NCBI GenBank assembly: GCA_044337105.1
Contig: JBIIOE010000001.1
Span: forward strand, 16,309-80,308
Source of the DNA: Bdellovibrionota bacterium
GTDB lineage: Bacteria; Bdellovibrionota_C; UBA2361; OMII01
Direction: 5' to 3'
Length of the DNA: 64,000 bases
In this document: positions 54,823 through 63,204 of the stretch, piece after piece
Layout of the letters: each line of letters starts with the position of its first letter
Position numbering within the stretch: position 1 is the stretch's first letter
The notes under the pieces: generated by a model
The model's database searches: none
The model's input: the letters and a program-made list of their open reading frames with translations, nothing else
Told to the model about the DNA's origin: nothing
Position numbers and translations under genes: made by a program

Positions 54823-55488
54823 AAGCTCCCCCTGCTCCTGAAAGCTGTAATATCCGCGCCTGGCGAAAACGATGTGATCGAGGAGTCGGATTCCCAGGGT
54901 GGTCGCGGCAGCTTTGAGTTGCCGAGTCACCTTACGATCCTCTTCGCTCGGAGCCGGGTCGCCAGACGGGTGGTTGTGCGCCAAGATGATCGAATACGCA
55001 TGGTCTGATATCGGTCCGACGAACACCTCCCGCGGATGTATCGGACAACTGGTGAGCAGGCCAATACTAACCGTTCGGACCCGGATGACTTCGTGGGCTC
55101 CACTGAGCGATATCGTGAGGACGTGCTCCTGGGGCCGATCGAGCAGGTGATTAACGAGTGGCAGAACATCTCGCGCGCACGTAATCCTCGTCCCTTCTGG
55201 ACGAATGCGCCGTCGCGCAAACTCCAGCGCCGCCGCGATCAGATACGCTTTGGACGGCCCGATACCGGATATCTCTTGAAGGGCAGTCAGATCGATGTGC
55301 TCGGCCGTATTTTCAAGGAGCGGCAATACCCGCCCTGCCAGTGCGTTGACCGGCAGTCCCCGTGTTCCCGTTCCCAGCATGACAGCTAGAAGCTCCTGGT
55401 CGGAGAGCGAGCGTGCGCCCTGCCGAGCTAGCTTCTCGCGAGGCAGGGTTTCGATATCGATGGTGTCGTGTTCAATCTCGGTGTGCAT
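54820..55488 (-). CDS. radC: RadC-like JAB-domain protein
   Basis: LSDQELLAVMLGTGTRG, and the JAMM motif ILAHNHPSGDPAPSEED. ATG 55488 gives the usual ~220 aa. The ORF extension to 55794 reads through a repeat hairpin (55537-55579). Confidence 0.85.
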   Translation of the reverse strand: MHTEIEHDTIDIETLPREKLARQGARSLSDQELLAVMLGTGTRGLPVNALAGRVLPLLENTAEHIDLTALQEISGIGPSKAYLIAAALEFARRRIRPEGTRITCARDVLPLVNHLLDRPQEHVLTISLSGAHEVIRVRTVSIGLLTSCPIHPREVFVGPISDHAYSIILAHNHPSGDPAPSEEDRKVTRQLKAAATTLGIRLLDHIVFARRGYYSFQEQGEL

Positions 55489-55536
55489 AGCTCGCTGTAT
55501 ATCGGCATCTGCAGCACAAAGTTTCCGGGCTTTTTT

Positions 55537-55579
55537 GTGGAATCGAGAGATCTCTGTTCTCGGCTCGATTCCACGAAGG
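55537..55579. repeat. Hairpin formed by two inverted GTGGAATCGAG modules (cargo-less)
   Basis: gtggaatcgag-16 nt-ctcgattccacgaagg. An 11-bp perfect stem in the radC upstream region. Confidence 0.6.
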
Positions 55580-55829
55580 CCCAGTTTCCGACAGAACCTC
55601 TGTTGCACCGATAGTACACGGCCCTCACATACGGCGATCTCAACCGATTTTTGTTGGAACATCGCCGTTTTTCCGGTGGCTATAGTCTCGCCATGCTCTA
55701 GGAGCTTTGATACCGTGTTGCCTGAGCCCTGATCCTCGTCATTTGACCCACGTAAGCTCGACGGCGCGTACGGTGTGTCAGGCAGGACTCTCAAGATTGA
55801 CAGGTTGTTTTGCTTGCGGAGGTTTTTTC

Positions 55830-56075
55830 ATGCGGAAAGAGTCGCGCGAAGAGAAGGTAATCCGGTTCCTCTTTGGAACATCGAAATTCCGGAGTCATCA
55901 ACACGAGATGCTCACGTATACTCTGGGATTTCTCTTCGTGGGTCTAGTGACCTTCGTATTAATGGACTCAGTTGGTCTTCGAGACTGCTTCTACGGCGCA
56001 GCGATGTGGGTGTGCGCGCCGATCTACCTACTCACTGCCTGGGCGGTTTGGAAAGACGCCAATGACAACTCGTAA
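55830..56075 (+). CDS. Small two-TM membrane protein
   Basis: 81 aa from ATG 55830 (GGAGG 7 nt upstream). Helices LTYTLGFLFVGLVTFVLM and GAAMWVCAPIYLLTAWAVW. Confidence 0.45.
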   Translation: MRKESREEKVIRFLFGTSKFRSHQHEMLTYTLGFLFVGLVTFVLMDSVGLRDCFYGAAMWVCAPIYLLTAWAVWKDANDNS

Positions 56076-56109
56076 GCTGCACGTGGTTTGGCCAGAACGC
56101 TTTCTCTGA

Positions 56110-58785
56110 CTAGGCACAAAGCGTTCGACGGGGACGGGCAGAAATTTGGTATTTCGAGCCTCCTTCGAGCACGAGGCGTGCTGCTACCTTGCTGACGGTC
56201 CTCGTCATCAATTCGCGGCTCGCCACGTTGTGAGCGAGGGGATTGAGCGAACCCTGCCATACTATTTCGTCGTCGATACAGACAAGATTGCACTGAAAGT
56301 TGCGCTGTTCGATTACTTGGACCCCGATAGCCTCTAAAGACTCGCGAGCTTGTTGATAGCTCTCAGAAGAAATCGTGCCGTTTTGGTCCCGAGGAGGCAC
56401 GACGACGATCACCGCAACCTGCTCGGCTCGCTTGCGCCGCAAGAGGTCGACGAAGGTCGCCACCCGTGTCATCGAGAGAAGCGCCGAAACGACGACGACC
56501 GTTCGGGAGGCGTCTCGAAGATCACTAAGGAGAGCGGGCACGAGCGCGGCCTCGTCGAAGCCTTGGAATGCGGCCGCACTTGCGTTCACGGCACCGCTCA
56601 ACGATTGGGTCTCTAGACCTAGCGGAGCGAGCAGTTCTCCTGCGCGTAGTCTGAGCGCGGCGCGCTCCAGATCCTCGAGCACACCGTGCATGATGTGCGC
56701 CGGACGGGTCGCCGCGTGGAGAAACGAGAGGTTCGCCACCACTAGTAGATTGCTCCGTGCCCTGCTCAGGGCAACGTTGATGAGCTTCGCGCCAGGTTCT
56801 CTTAAGGTACTCGCGCTCAAAAAGCTTCCGAGCGAGTGGGGCGGACTCTCCGTAAGGTCGAGAATCATTATCTTGCGCTCTTCACCTTGGAACCGGTGCA
56901 CAGTGCCCACGCAGACCCCATGCAGCCCTGCCTCGCTCAGGAGCTCCTCGATCAAGTCGACCTGCGCTCGATAAGGACTAATAACCCCAATCTGCGATTC
57001 GTTTTCCCTCGACCCACCCGCTCGAAGGCTGAGGCACACTCGCCGCACAAGAAGCGCATGCAGCATGTTCGCTCGCGAGCGTCCAACGCTTTGTCCGACG
57101 GGTGACAGATCCGAAGAATCAATCAACACCAGGGGATGATCGGCCAAGAATGCAAGCGACAGGGAGAACTGTATCGGATCGCGATCCACATAGCGAGAGG
57201 CTAGCCCCCCTCCGTAGAAGCGCTCGTTGATCAACGAGCACAGCTCCGCACGGCTGCGAAACTGGGTGACAAGCTTGGCTAGGTGCGGGAGAGATTCGCC
57301 TTGATCGACTGCCTCAACGATTCCAGCCGCCTCAAATACGTCGCGCGAATACCAGCGTGCGACGACATCAGTTCGAGATATTGCGATCGGCGGCAACTGG
57401 CGAAAATCACCGGCTATGACCACGCTAAGGTTCGCCATTCCACTCAACCGATACACGAGCGGCAAGGGAAGCATCGAAGCCTCGTCGATTAGCACTGTAT
57501 CAAAATCGGTAAGCTCGTGTGCACGCAGGACAGCTTGGGTAGCCGTGGCGGCGACAACCCGTGCGTGAGACAGGAGCTTCGCCCTAAGTTCGCGCAGGAA
57601 TTTTTCTAGCAGCGCGATGCCGGTGGCAAGCTCCCGTTGACGGTCCCCCAGCTCGCCTAACAGACGCTCTATCTCCTCGCGGTTAGAGGCAGTCAGCGAG
57701 CGCTCGATCTCGGAGATGCCGGCCTCCAAGAGAGATATCGCTTCACGGATATCGCCTCCTTCCGAAGTGTCCGCGACAGATGCGCGCGCCGTAGGGCCGA
57801 TTATGCGACCTACGAGCCCTTTGAGTCCAAGATGAGGCTTTTGGAGAGTGGGAATGAGAGAGCGCAACTCATTCTGAAGCCCAGCCCGTGCGTCCCACAG
57901 GTTAAGCTGCTTGGAGGTCGCCCACATCTTCTTCCTGATGACCGATTGTTCCCTTTTGAGATCTGAAATTCGAGCTGCTACCTTACCCTCGCTGCGCGCT
58001 ATCACCTGATCGAACGAAATAGCTGGGCCGTAGTCTTGTTCGAGAGAGGCACGAGCTATAGCTCCGATGCGCAGGATTGAGTTCTCAGGTAGCGAGGCAT
58101 GCCCCTTCGGAGCCACGTGCCGACAGAGACTCTCTACTACCCCGTCCACTGCTCGATGAGTATGGGATACGATCAGCACCCGACGATGAGAACAGAACAG
58201 CCTCCAGGCGAGGGCAGCGAGGGTCACGGTCTTTCCCGTGCCCGGCGGGCCCCATAGATAGGTGACGGCGTTGCCTTCGGCAATCTGCAGCGCCGCGCGC
58301 TGATCATCGGTGAGCTCCTCTGGAGCTTCGAAGCGAAGCCCTTCTTGTTTGATAGACCGGACGGCTCCTGTAAGGGCTGAGTGCGCGAGTTCGGAGTTCC
58401 ACCCAGGCGCGTCCCCGGATTCACGAACCTGTTGCAGCGAGTAGCCCAGCTGTCGAAGCAGGGGGGATTCATCCGCACGAAGCATCGCTCCTCGTACAGA
58501 GGCCCCCAGGTCGCAGGACAGCGAGACGGTGATCTCTACCTCGCTTGCGGAGACCACGGTTGCTGCGTACGGGCGCCCTGCAACTGTCACAGTGCAAAAG
58601 CTGTCATCTTTCAGAACGAGGCGGTGTTTGAGAGAAAAACGGTAGGCGTGTCGGAGGCCTTCGATCGCGATTCTCTCTCCGCATTCAAGGCGAAATTCGC
58701 GTCCGGTGCGTTCGGCCTCCTTAGACTCCTGTTCGACCGCTTGGAGGAGCGAATCAAAGATGTGTTCATTCGAGCTTTTTGTCAT
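56110..58785 (-). CDS. SF1 (Upf1/DNA2-like, AAA_11/AAA_12) helicase fused to a C-terminal PLD-like domain with degenerate HKD motif
   Basis: Walker A WGPPGTGKT, Walker B VLIDEASMLP, AGDFRQLPPI and TVHRFQGEER. In the C-terminal ~150 aa, QCNLVCIDDEIVWQGSLN has the exact spacing of HxKxxxxDxxxxxxGSxN but with H->Q and K->N. Confidence 0.85.
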   Translation of the reverse strand: MTKSSNEHIFDSLLQAVEQESKEAERTGREFRLECGERIAIEGLRHAYRFSLKHRLVLKDDSFCTVTVAGRPYAATVVSASEVEITVSLSCDLGASVRGAMLRADESPLLRQLGYSLQQVRESGDAPGWNSELAHSALTGAVRSIKQEGLRFEAPEELTDDQRAALQIAEGNAVTYLWGPPGTGKTVTLAALAWRLFCSHRRVLIVSHTHRAVDGVVESLCRHVAPKGHASLPENSILRIGAIARASLEQDYGPAISFDQVIARSEGKVAARISDLKREQSVIRKKMWATSKQLNLWDARAGLQNELRSLIPTLQKPHLGLKGLVGRIIGPTARASVADTSEGGDIREAISLLEAGISEIERSLTASNREEIERLLGELGDRQRELATGIALLEKFLRELRAKLLSHARVVAATATQAVLRAHELTDFDTVLIDEASMLPLPLVYRLSGMANLSVVIAGDFRQLPPIAISRTDVVARWYSRDVFEAAGIVEAVDQGESLPHLAKLVTQFRSRAELCSLINERFYGGGLASRYVDRDPIQFSLSLAFLADHPLVLIDSSDLSPVGQSVGRSRANMLHALLVRRVCLSLRAGGSRENESQIGVISPYRAQVDLIEELLSEAGLHGVCVGTVHRFQGEERKIMILDLTESPPHSLGSFLSASTLREPGAKLINVALSRARSNLLVVANLSFLHAATRPAHIMHGVLEDLERAALRLRAGELLAPLGLETQSLSGAVNASAAAFQGFDEAALVPALLSDLRDASRTVVVVSALLSMTRVATFVDLLRRKRAEQVAVIVVVPPRDQNGTISSESYQQARESLEAIGVQVIEQRNFQCNLVCIDDEIVWQGSLNPLAHNVASRELMTRTVSKVAARLVLEGGSKYQISARPRRTLCA

Positions 58786-59011
58786 CTGGGCGGCACTCTA
58801 GCACGACAGCGCACGAGATCTGCACAGAAGTTACACCCTCAGCCGCGTAGCGCAACCTCCTGCTCTCGCCAGAGTGGACCGTGGGTCAAGGAGAGATATT
58901 TTCGGCTTGCACAGATGGATCTCTGTGTCTAAAAAAGGTAAACGCAGTGGGTTGAAGCGTCTTAAAGTAAGAGCTATTCGAAAGCTCCGCTGCTACCTGA
59001 GAGAGACCCAC

Positions 59012-60445
59012 ATGCTTCTTTGTATGCAGGTGAATGTAAACCCGTATAAATTGCTTCGGTCATGCCTTGTGCTGATCGCCTGGTGGACACTCGCGTTCAC
59101 GGCAAGCTATGCACAGTCCCACGAGCCAGGTGACGGGGGCGAGCCCCCTCCACAACGACCTAATTTTCTGCTGATCATTGCAGATGACCAACGCCTTGAC
59201 GGCGTCGGAGCGTTCATGCCCCGAACTCAGCAACGGTTGTTTGATGAAGGGGTCAGTTTCGAGCGAGCCTATATAACCACGTCTTCCTGTGCACCGAGTA
59301 GGGCCAGCATGCTCACCGGACTGTACGCGCGCAACCATGGCGTGCAGGTGAACAGCGATCGCTTTGCCAAGCAATCGATCTCCGAGCTGTTGCAAGCAGA
59401 CGGCTATTCAACGGCGCTGGTCGGAAAATACATGAATGTGAGCACAGGAGCGCCGGTACCAGGATACGATTTTTGGGTTTCTTTTGCTGGTGGGAGCGGT
59501 CCCTTTATAAATCCCGCGCTGTTCGTAGGGGCAGAGCGAGCAGTCAGGCCGGGGTATATCACCCATCTTTTGAGGGATTACGCTCTTCAGTTCCTCGAGC
59601 AGGCAGCAGGGGAGAAGAAACCCTTCTTTTTGGTCTTCGCGCCGACTGCACCGCACAACCCAGCGACGCCGGACGCCGAGGCAGCACAGCTCTACAAAGG
59701 GCTCGCGAAACATCGGCCGCGGAGCTTCAATGAATCTGACATTAAGGACAAACCAACCTGGATGCAGCAGGTCAAGAGCCTTACGTCGTTACGCATGGCC
59801 CAAATCGACAATTTCAGAATGCGGCAACTGCGTACCCTGTGGCCTCTCGACAGATCGGTGGACGATCTGCTCACCAAGCTTGAGGATCTTGATGTATTGG
59901 ACAACACCGTCGTGCTGTACATCTCTGACAACGGAATGATGTGGGGCGAGCACCGGTTGATGAGCAAAAATGTGGTATACGAGGAATCGACTCGCGTTCC
60001 ATTTGCTGTCCGTTATCCTAAGTTTATCAAGGGCGCTGTCCGTCCAGAGGTCGTAGCCAATATCGATATCGCTCCTACAATCCTCGAACTAGCCGGGGTA
60101 CAAAGCCCTTGGAAGATAGATGGGCGCTCGCTAGTGCCGTTACTGACTGGGGAGGCTACCGAGTGGCGCCCAGGGGTTGTCCTCGAAGGCTGGCTAAAAC
60201 GAGACCTGCGCGAGCCATTCACCGCCTTCCACTCCGGCCGCTTTGTGTATGTTGAGAACGAATCGGGAGACAAGGAGATCTACGACCTCCAGATAGATCC
60301 AGGTCAACTAACGAACCTGGCGGGACGTTCTCGGACATATCTTGAGATAGAAAAGCAGATGGCTAAGCATCTGCGAGAGGCGGGGGTTGCCCCAGTCGGC
60401 ACCTCCATAAAGGGCGGAGGAAAGCGCAAGAAGCGCTCTGCCTAA
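59012..60445 (+). CDS. Sulfatase (formylglycine-dependent)
   Basis: Signal peptide from ATG 59012. NFLLIIADDQR, the CAPSRASMLTG motif (CxPxR) and YISDNG. Confidence 0.9.
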   Translation: MLLCMQVNVNPYKLLRSCLVLIAWWTLAFTASYAQSHEPGDGGEPPPQRPNFLLIIADDQRLDGVGAFMPRTQQRLFDEGVSFERAYITTSSCAPSRASMLTGLYARNHGVQVNSDRFAKQSISELLQADGYSTALVGKYMNVSTGAPVPGYDFWVSFAGGSGPFINPALFVGAERAVRPGYITHLLRDYALQFLEQAAGEKKPFFLVFAPTAPHNPATPDAEAAQLYKGLAKHRPRSFNESDIKDKPTWMQQVKSLTSLRMAQIDNFRMRQLRTLWPLDRSVDDLLTKLEDLDVLDNTVVLYISDNGMMWGEHRLMSKNVVYEESTRVPFAVRYPKFIKGAVRPEVVANIDIAPTILELAGVQSPWKIDGRSLVPLLTGEATEWRPGVVLEGWLKRDLREPFTAFHSGRFVYVENESGDKEIYDLQIDPGQLTNLAGRSRTYLEIEKQMAKHLREAGVAPVGTSIKGGGKRKKRSA

Positions 60446-60668
60446 GTCGCGTGACACGTTGAGATGACGGCTGATCTCAATGCTACTGATAGGAACCTGA
60501 CCCAACAGATGCGTGGATTTTAAGCTACATGAGGCTAGCTCGATAGGCAGCATGCTCCACAAAACGCGGATTGTAAATGAAAGACACTGATGCACCGGGG
60601 TTTTTTTTCTGTAAATGGGGTTCGTAAGTCCGGCGATTCGTATATGCTGGGGCTTAAGAGCCTTTGAT

Positions 60669-61652
60669 ATGAATATTCGTTTGATCGGCACCTCTCACCG
60701 TCTCGGTTCAGAGGTGGTACACGCAGAAACAATAGAGAACTATTTCAAACGCGATCCCGGCACAATCGCTGCGCTGTCTGGGGTAACGCGGTTGCATCGC
60801 ATCGGCCCTGGCGAGTCCTTGGTGAGCCTGTCCCGGGACGCGGCGCTCGATGTACTGTCGAAATGCAAGGTGTCCCTGTCGCAGGTGACAGGGATCTTCT
60901 CGTCGTGCAACCCCACCACTGACTACCTTATCCCTTCTCTCGCACCGATGGTTGCGGCCGCTCTCGAGCTCACCCATCTGCAGGCATGCAACATAGGCAT
61001 GGGGTGTGCCGGTGGGGTACAGGCCCTTCAGGCCGCTTTCAATCAGCTGGCGGTGGACAGCCTTAAGAAGCGAACGTCGTACTACCTCGTAGTGGCGGGG
61101 GACCACATCAGTCGCATGCTCGACCACGAGGCATGGAAAACCGCGATCCTCTTCAGCGACGGCGTGTCGGTCGCAATCGTAACCAACGACCCGGAGAGCA
61201 CTGACGGTTTTCTCATCGAAGGGGTGACATCCGAGTGTTACGCAGGTGAGAACGTTGACGTAATCAATCTTCCAAATGTGCTCGCACGAGAGACCCCCGG
61301 CGACCGGTCGACCTATACCCTTCAGATGAGGGGTCGCGGGGTATTTGAATTCGGTACCCGCGTAGCTCCCAGAGTACGAGAATTAGCTGGACTAGAAACC
61401 TTCGAGGATTGCTACATCGTTCCTCATCAAGCGAACATCCGAATGATTCGCGAGTTGGTTCCCGCTTTCGGCATTCGCGAGGATCAGCTTTACATGGAAG
61501 GTATAACTACTGTGGGCAACATCTCAGGAGCCGCATGTTTCCTGGGGCTTGAGGATGGTATGCGTCGTGGGCTATTCCAGGACGCGGCTAAAATTCTGTT
61601 AGTCGCATTTGGCGCTGAGCTTCAGGTGGCCGTAGCGGTTTTGCGTCCATAA
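60669..61652 (+). CDS. 3-oxoacyl-ACP synthase III (KAS III/FabH-like) family enzyme
   Basis: Active-site Cys in GMGCAGGVQAL, His in VPHQANIRMI and Asn in GNISGAACF. ATG 60669 preferred. Confidence 0.8.
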   Translation: MNIRLIGTSHRLGSEVVHAETIENYFKRDPGTIAALSGVTRLHRIGPGESLVSLSRDAALDVLSKCKVSLSQVTGIFSSCNPTTDYLIPSLAPMVAAALELTHLQACNIGMGCAGGVQALQAAFNQLAVDSLKKRTSYYLVVAGDHISRMLDHEAWKTAILFSDGVSVAIVTNDPESTDGFLIEGVTSECYAGENVDVINLPNVLARETPGDRSTYTLQMRGRGVFEFGTRVAPRVRELAGLETFEDCYIVPHQANIRMIRELVPAFGIREDQLYMEGITTVGNISGAACFLGLEDGMRRGLFQDAAKILLVAFGAELQVAVAVLRP

Positions 61653-61660
61653 TGTCCGAG

Positions 61661-61690
61661 AGGGCCGGAATGCCCTGATCGATTTTTTTT
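61661..61690 (+). terminator. Weak candidate intrinsic terminator after the KAS III gene
   Basis: agggc-cggaat-gccct is a 5-bp GC stem. A 6-nt spacer and a T8 run (61683-61690) follow. It starts 9 nt after the stop at 61650-61652. Confidence 0.3.
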
Positions 61691-61755
61691 GAGATTAGAA
61701 AGGTCCCGTCCGCCTCCGCGCGACATACCGCACGAGAAGCGGACGTACGCCGTAA

Positions 61756-62142
61756 CTAGCGCTTTACGCAGCCGAGACCACTTGGCAATCTGACGTCCTT
61801 ACAACCATTTTGACGCTCTCGTGGCGAGCACTTCTGCTCACTCGGTTCAAAGCCAGCTGGGCACCTGTCCTGCGAGGGCTGTGGGCGGCCGTAATTTGGT
61901 CGGGAGGCGTTATTTGCTTGCTCAATCCTTTCCATCTCGAGGGCTACCTGCATCCCCTTCTTGGTGAGATCCACACAACATACGCCGCGAGACGCATTCG
62001 CCTCGCTGCAATCCTTACGGCCCAAGCCAAGGTCGTAACACGAGTAGGGGCAAGGCCGGCAATGTACATCGGCCTGAGCAACATTAGTGTTGACCACAAA
62101 GGCGCTCGCGCACACGAGAGACAGAAGCATTCCACGTATCAT
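61756..62142 (-). CDS. Secreted cysteine-rich hypothetical protein
   Basis: Signal peptide MIRGMLLSLVCASAFVVNTNVAQA. ~12 Cys in the mature 100 aa. Confidence 0.5.
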   Translation of the reverse strand: MIRGMLLSLVCASAFVVNTNVAQADVHCRPCPYSCYDLGLGRKDCSEANASRGVCCVDLTKKGMQVALEMERIEQANNASRPNYGRPQPSQDRCPAGFEPSEQKCSPRERQNGCKDVRLPSGLGCVKR

Positions 62143-62425
62143 ACGATCACTATCCCTTTTGATTCGGGGAGGGGGTATTACCTACGTTGGACGGACTCCT
62201 CCTCAGTTTCGACTCCTAGCTTCGGCGCCTATCCCTCCGTCCACTTCCAGATAGGCGAAGAGGTCATAACACCAGCTCGGGATACTGTCGATGGTCTTTA
62301 GACCTCGTCGCGTGCGCTACAGGGGAGGTTTCCCAGTGGCCCATACTGTTGCGAAGAGATACCATCAGCTCCTGTGAGCGGCAGCACTCCGAGGGGCGGG
62401 CCGAGAATCTCTTAAGAGAAATACG

Positions 62426-63145
62426 ATGAAGAACTACGATACCTTTGCGGAACATTACGATACCGTCGTGGGCCAGCGCCGCGACGTAGCCTCGTTCCTT
62501 CGGCAAATCCTCACCACCTTTGCGCCTCAGGCCAAGACGGTGCTCGAGTTGGGATGCGGTTCCGGCAGTATGCTGACAGTGCTCTCGCGACACTACCGAA
62601 TGACAGGTATCGATCGCTCGTCTGGGATGCTTTCGGTTGCACGTCGCAAGGCGCCCAAGGCACGGCTTCTACATTCGGACATCACTGAGTTCGAGCTCGA
62701 TGAACACTTCGACGCCATCGTGTGCCCCTTCGATACTATCAACCACATCACTTCATTACGCGGATGGCGGCAGGTGTTCGAGAATGCTCACCGACACCTC
62801 AATCCAGGGGGGATATTCGTGTTCGACGTAAACACCGAAACAAAGATGGAGCGCTATCGATTGGAACCGGCAGCCGCGGATCTCGGCGAGAACTCGGTAG
62901 CGATCGTGGATGTTCGTCGGACCGCGCGACACAGGTACCAGGTGATGCACAAGGTATTCGAGCGGGTGAAGGGGAACCGCTTCGTACTGCACGAGATGGA
63001 GATCCCGGAGTTCATCCTTCCGACGTCCAAAATCTTGACCGAGATTAAGCCTCTGTTTCGCAAGGTCTTGGTTGTGGACCCGGATCGGAGGCGCCCAGGC
63101 GTAGCTTCAGAGGAGCTCTTTTTCATCTGTCAGTTGCCACGCTGA
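62426..63145 (+). CDS. Class I SAM-dependent methyltransferase (small-molecule type)
   Basis: Motif I VLELGCGSGSM and post-I LHSDI. No DPPY/NPPY or other DNA-MTase motif. Confidence 0.8.
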   Translation: MKNYDTFAEHYDTVVGQRRDVASFLRQILTTFAPQAKTVLELGCGSGSMLTVLSRHYRMTGIDRSSGMLSVARRKAPKARLLHSDITEFELDEHFDAIVCPFDTINHITSLRGWRQVFENAHRHLNPGGIFVFDVNTETKMERYRLEPAAADLGENSVAIVDVRRTARHRYQVMHKVFERVKGNRFVLHEMEIPEFILPTSKILTEIKPLFRKVLVVDPDRRRPGVASEELFFICQLPR

Positions 63146-63204
63146 AGCCGACTCGTTCAGATATACTGGTCAGAAAGCCTCGCATCATTAGGAGCTCTAA
63201 CAAT

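Noticed and set aside
60596-60604. T8 run between the sulfatase and KAS III genes as an intrinsic terminator
   Set aside because: I could not find a stable stem immediately upstream of the T-run.
62426-63145. Methyltransferase as part of a restriction-modification system
   Set aside because: Its motifs are those of small-molecule class I SAM methyltransferases. It has no DPPY/NPPY or cytosine-C5 motifs, and no adjacent endonuclease-like gene.
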